Of a DNA stretch of 44,982 nucleotides, positions 39,646-44,982 are shown piece by piece. The DNA is from Atractiella rhizophila (taxonomy: Eukaryota): NCBI GenBank assembly GCA_021432655.1, contig MU271519.1, positions 6,023 to 51,004 on the forward strand, in the 5' to 3' direction. The notes beneath the pieces were generated by a model, which searched no databases, was not told the origin of the DNA, and worked only from the letters and a program-made list of their open reading frames with translations. Both the position numbers and the translations under genes were made by a program. How positions within the stretch are numbered: the first letter of the stretch is position 1; each line of letters opens with the position of its first letter.

Positions 39646-41116
39646 ATGCCCAGGAAAGGCCGGCAAAAGCCTAAGGCGGACCTGACGTCCCAGAATGAAT
39701 TTTGTTTGACTGGCCCAGTAGAATCCACGGTAAATCTGGTCAGCGGTGACTCTATCCACAGCCAGTTTTGGCCTTTCGCGAATCAAAGCACGACATCGCA
39801 TTGCAGCCCTACGGTGGACTATCTACAATTGCAGCAGCAGGACTTTCCTTCTCTGTTGCCGAATCCTTTTCTCTCATTGTCTGAAGATCAAGTTGCTGGA
39901 CGTCTTTACGAAACTTCTGCCCAAGAAAGACTCGACTATCACAACTCTCACAATCTTCCTTATAACGCTACGCAAGGCTGCGGAGCTCATTTTCACTCTA
40001 GCGAAGTCGTCATCGGTGCGGCTGAATGCCAAATACAATGCCCTCAGGTACCCCTTGTTAGTTTACCGTTCGTAGACTCGAACAATGGGGATCTTCCCCT
40101 TCCCGATGTCCTAAGCCAGTATCCCTTTGGCTCATGTGACATTCTTAACTCCTCTGCACCTGAATTTACTTCCCCTCAAGCCGGACAATCTCTATTTGGC
40201 GATATCTCAACCAAATGGGCTCAGAATCTTCAACAATTGCAGTTACCACCCGCAACTCTGCAGGCGAGTTCGTCACTTGCAGCAACAGGTCCGCATGGGT
40301 ATCCAGGTTCTTCTCCCGCTGTATCCCAGTCAGTTGACTAATGTGCCTTTAGATATCTCGGGTCGGTGGAACAGCAATTTATATTCTTCCCATTTTCAAT
40401 ACATGTCATCTGACAGGCAGCCCACTCTTTCTCCCTCCTTGTCCCCTGCAGACACATCATCTAGCTCCGCGCTCTCTCCAATCGACGAAAGTTTATTTCC
40501 GTCCTCACTGCAGCATACTCCTGCAACAGGCACGGGCTTTGGCGCCTCGCAAAACTATAAACGCAACGAAATTTCATTCCTCAAAGCATTTTCAAGAGAT
40601 CCCGGCACCTTTGGTTGCGGCGAACTAACTCACAGCTTTGGTATCATGATTGACTTCCGAGATCCAACAAATCCACACTCCCATTACTTCCTTGACAGCA
40701 CTGTCTTTCTTCAACAACCAGAATGGGATGGGTTTCACAAACTCTGGTTTGATAAAAATCAATATCAAGCTTGCTATTTCAGCGAAGATGAGGATGACCC
40801 TCCTTCTCATTGGCAATTTCTTCTGCCTTTTATCGAGAATAAGGACCAGTTCGATCTTTTCACTCGCTGCTTTGCATTCAGTCACAGAGTTTGCGATTGC
40901 AAATTTGCGTACTATCGTGAACATATGCGCTGGACTTTTTCCCCTCGGGAACTTTCATATGAATACGTGCGGAACTCGAAGGAACCTGTCAAACCAGGAG
41001 CTGTCAGAAAACACATCTTGCAATGCTACGTTGCACAACTTCGCTTCCCGCAGATGTATACTCTTTGCCAATTATTTGCTCATCACACCAAGTCAGCAAT
41101 TTTCAGTGGACATTGA
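39646..41116 (+). CDS. Hypothetical protein: Q/S/P-rich N-terminus plus His/Cys-containing C-terminal domain (paralogue of the gene at 15299-16916)
   Basis: ORFs 39631-40341 and 40127-41116 join in phase via gtccgc..actaat..ttag (40289-40352). The N-terminus MPRKGRQKPK is NLS-like. TATAAAA at ~39480. Confidence 0.7.
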
Positions 41117-42273
41117 GATCCTTACTGAAGAACGTCTCTCCTTCGATTTCTAGATCAAAAAACACCTCTTTGTCGTTTTATTCACAGCTATAAATTGCAG
41201 ATGCCCCTTGGATCATCATTTCGAACCGATTTTGGACCACATCTTTTTAGGTTGACCCCTGGAACTACGAATCTTGTTAGGGGGGATCCCCGTTGCAAGG
41301 TTAATTCAGTCAAGTGGGGGATAGATTTTCCCTACTAATGGCTGGCATCTTAAGATGCATATTCTCAAATCCACTTCAGACTGTGGACAAAGGCGGCCAT
41401 TGCTCGCTTTTCAAGAGAATTGAGGTACTACCTCTCACGATATCACACTGGACGGAATGTTCGGCATCGTGGCGTGAATCACGCAACAATTTCTTATTCC
41501 GGAGATCAACTTGTATGGACAGGTGCACCTTTTCCTCGCTTTCGAAATGTTTGATTTGAGCGCTTCTGCCATTTTCACAATCTAATCCTTTCCTATATCT
41601 GAATATCTTGAACTGTTCTGCGAAATGTCGAAAATGCCGTGAATATGTTCTTACAATTACAATAGACCAAACAAACAATGTATTTGTTCTCCTATCAAGA
41701 ATGCTGACATTCTCTTCGAGGCATGGGATAAGCATTGCGCCTCATATAAAGGTCTCCACGGATTTCCAGGCACAATACAAACATGCAAGTACAGGAAGGA
41801 AAGAAGCAAATGATTTCCTACAGCGACGATTTGAACTATCCTATACTGCTAAGGAGAGGATTACAATAGCGGATACGGTTGGGGATTGAAGCCATGGACA
41901 CGTATGTGGGTGATGGGCAATTTAAGTACGTCTTGCCGTTTCTCAGAGCATGAGGTTGGGTTTGATGGCGAGTGATGACTTGCATTACAAGAGGTGCTTA
42001 CCTTCGAGTGACAAAGGTCAGTTTATACAAACCTCCCTATGTTTGAGATGTAAGAAAGTTCTCATGAGCGTGGAAGGATAGCCTTTTGTGTTGTACAATC
42101 CCCTAAAGTCACCTGAGACCTGCTTGACGGGACTCAACTTCTCTTTACAACTCGGTCCAACGACGCCTCATATTAAAGCGCTTTCCGTCACTGTACTCCT
42201 TTCTTCAGCAGCTACATCAGTGCTCGAGCGTCCGACAGTAATTGAGCTAAAGCCGAATAGCGATAAAGCTAAA

Positions 42274-42804
42274 ATGGCGCTGAACAAGTTTGCCTTTACT
42301 CTGCTGCTTCACCCAACTGTTTACTATTCCCCCTTAGGCGCTTTTCCATGCGCGCTTCCGGAGCGGATAAGCTGTTTCAACCACCTTACGTTCCACAGGG
42401 CTACTTCACCTTTAACCCAACGAAGGTCGATTCGAAGAAGATGAAGCTTGAAGTATCAGGCGAAAAGACGAACAAAGTGATCTGGAACATCACCGTCAAA
42501 GACAACAATATTTCCCTGCCCTCCGACCTTCCGTTCGCGTTACTGATACACCACGGTCTGTCTTCCCCATTCTTTCGTTCGTCATCCTAAACAAAATCTC
42601 TGTCCGACAGGTGTGCCTTTTCAAGCTACGATCAGTGTCTCAGCTCGGACAGCAGGTCTACGGTCAGCATTAAAAGACGGGCCAGGTGTGTGGAAGATCG
42701 ATTTCGACGGAGAGACCGAAGTTGGAAAGTTTACGGGAAAGGAATCTTCCTCAAGTGGGACAGGTTCAACAGGGACCTTCGATGAAGAATTCCCGGAGAT
42801 GTAG
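42274..42804 (+). CDS. Small (~140 aa) hypothetical protein, 3 exons
   Basis: MALNK|RFSMRASGADKLFQPPYVPQGYFTF...LLIHHG|VPFQATISV...DEEFPEM. Two in-phase GT-AG introns. Confidence 0.7.
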
Positions 42805-44982
42805 GCGGACGTCAGACGAGGAGTGACCTGTCAATAGAAGACGGAAGAAGTGCTGTGATTTAGGTTGACTGTGATCAATGGCAGTCAAAGTACGGCGTTT
42901 TTGGGAAGGATATGGTGATTTGGAATATTTAAATTTTGTGCATTGGAAACAGCTGTAATGATAGCTAACTGTGTATTATATCATATCCTCAAATTTAAAA
43001 CTAGCTCTTGCATGAGGTGTTGAACCTGTCTTCCTGCGGCATGCTCTGTTCGCAACAACGCCAACAGACTTGGAGCGATCGGGATGCTTCTCGCCGCCGA
43101 AGCACAAACTGTAAAAAGGTTCAGCGCCCAGGCAGCAGCAACAACCAAGGTGGACTCCAATCCTGCAGATTGAGGGCTAAAATGGAAGGTGGTGCTGAAC
43201 GGGACGGTGAGGGTAGTAGGAGTCAAAGCAGGAACAGTCTAAGAAATCGGGCGTCGCAAGAGTTTCGTCGGATTATTGAGCTCCTGCATTGGGGCGTCGA
43301 GGTTCAGTCTCTAGTTTTTCAAGCCCACTTCGCTGAGAAACTACTTAGGAGAAAGAAAAGGATTTAGAGAAGGGCGAACTTGATGAGGATGCCGAGGCAG
43401 AGGATGAGGAAAGAGAGATTGATCAGGTGACGGAGGGCATGAAACAGTTTTATATTGATCAGAGAGGAAGTGTACTTGATCAAGCCCATGCTGTCTTGCA
43501 CGACTTAATTTCCGCTTCTATCAGTTCGCCATTTCTTTCCAACATGGCCTTAAGTCTCTAACGTAATTTGAATGTAGCGCCATTGGGCAAAACAACGACT
43601 GAACCGGAACCTGCCAAGTTCTTGAGTGCCTTCACAGAAGATGGTTCGTCCCCTGCCGTCTGCTCTGAACATGTTGTTTATTTACAATTTACTAGCTACG
43701 TGGCGTATTCTTTGGCCTGACCACAGTAGGCAGGAAGCAGACTTCCAAATATCGGCCGCAGATGTCTTTCATGAGCGCTGTTTTCCCGTAAGTCTGTTCT
43801 ATCACCCCTAGGACGGACATTGTTGATGTTGACCATGCATTTTAACTAGCTTGTTACCTTCGACTGGAACATTATCACAGATATATCGCTCCTCAAGATA
43901 AAAAACACTCCGAAGAACCGCACTGAGCCACTACAATCCACGTTCTTGGCATGGGCAAATCCACTCGATCCAGATCAGAGTGCGTACTTGCCCTTCATAA
44001 AGTACCAGCATCCAATGTCCTTCCAGGCCCACTTGTTTCAAGGGGTACGATAAAAGATCACATCGTTATCAATGACGGGATCCCCCTTATTACACACCGC
44101 ACTTTCGCTCTCGAGCGCGTCATGCAACCAGCCTGGATGAAGCCTGTTCCACGTCCAGCTGGACGGCGAGCGTCCCTGTATGCTCTTCTCAACTGATTTC
44201 TCTCAGAGAAAATTACTGACCTTATATGAAAGTAACGAACAACATCGCTCTCCTGCGGTTCATAAATTCTTCAACGCTTATCAAAAGTCCTCACTCCGGA
44301 TACGCTGGCTGCGAAAATACAAGTAGGTGAATTCATTTCCCTTCAGTTGGTCTCTCAAGTCGGTTTAGGCGTTGGGTGACACCATTGGTTGCATTTTCCT
44401 CGCTCTTCGGGGCTATTCAGAACATTGGAGTAGGGGACATTGCGGGAATCATATTCGCGGTGCTCGGGGTCCTCTCTGGTGTTCTTGGTATCGTTTTACT
44501 GCTATTAGACCATCTTGTTGAGGTCACGGACGCTCGAATAAGAAGAGAAAGCACGGAATTATTCAAGCTCGGTGGGAAGGAGAGTATGGAACGACCTCGT
44601 TTACGAGATAGAGCCAAGACACTCACCTTCATCAATTAGACCTGTCAGGATGAATCCATTTATGCGTTAAGGATCGTTATTGAGTTTGTTTCACGATTCC
44701 AGTTATCCAGTTATTCATGAAACTATGTTGTAATTGTACTCATCAGGTCCGTATTGCAAATACCTCCCCATCAATTTACACGCCAAATCTTGAGGGAGTG
44801 AATAAAGGATTGTTACAAGCGCCAATATTAGGCTGTGGGAAATCATACATGCAGTGGTGGTATAGTATTGGCAACAATTGGAGGATAAGCTGCAGACGTC
44901 TAAAGAGAAGAATCAGAGAAGGAGAACTGCGCAATCTAAGATAACATTGTGCTTGGGTAATCGGAGACCAATTGATGCTTGA

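Noticed and set aside
43000..44982. Possible gene remnants (acidic stretch ~43360-43450; ORFs 44376-44639 and 44417-44635)
   Set aside because: Frequent stops in all frames and no consistent splice chain or recognisable motif, so no call can be supported.

Overview
Intron-rich eukaryotic DNA from a fungus, most likely a basidiomycete (short ~45-65 nt GT-AG introns with CTAAC/CTGAC branch sites, fungal-type ubiquitin). Recognisable genes are fumarase (FUM1, -), galactokinase (GAL1, -), a 7-unit polyubiquitin (-), VPS45 (+), an SRF1-like 4-TM protein (+), an F-box-like protein, a SnoaL/NTF2-like protein and several lineage-specific spliced genes. There are also two MITE-like inverted-repeat elements and a decayed F-box/LRR pseudogene. 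A near-identical tandem duplication with a 2800-bp period (20847-26445) covers the GAL1 3' half and a neighbouring gene. One copy carries a 120-nt patch that looks hypermutated but follows an arithmetic rule (each base is the alphabetically smaller of two adjacent bases of the other copy), so it is almost certainly a consensus/assembly artefact. The best biological leads are: (1) a fumarase with a mitochondrial presequence, a second AUG and a tiny last exon ending in a PTS1-like KKGKL, suggesting splice-controlled triple targeting; (2) two distant paralogues sharing an unrecognised His/Cys domain; (3) unusually long, hairpin-rich first introns in FUM1 and GAL1; (4) variant ubiquitin units. All exon structures were read by eye and no database searches were run. 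No rRNA, tRNA or CRISPR array was found.
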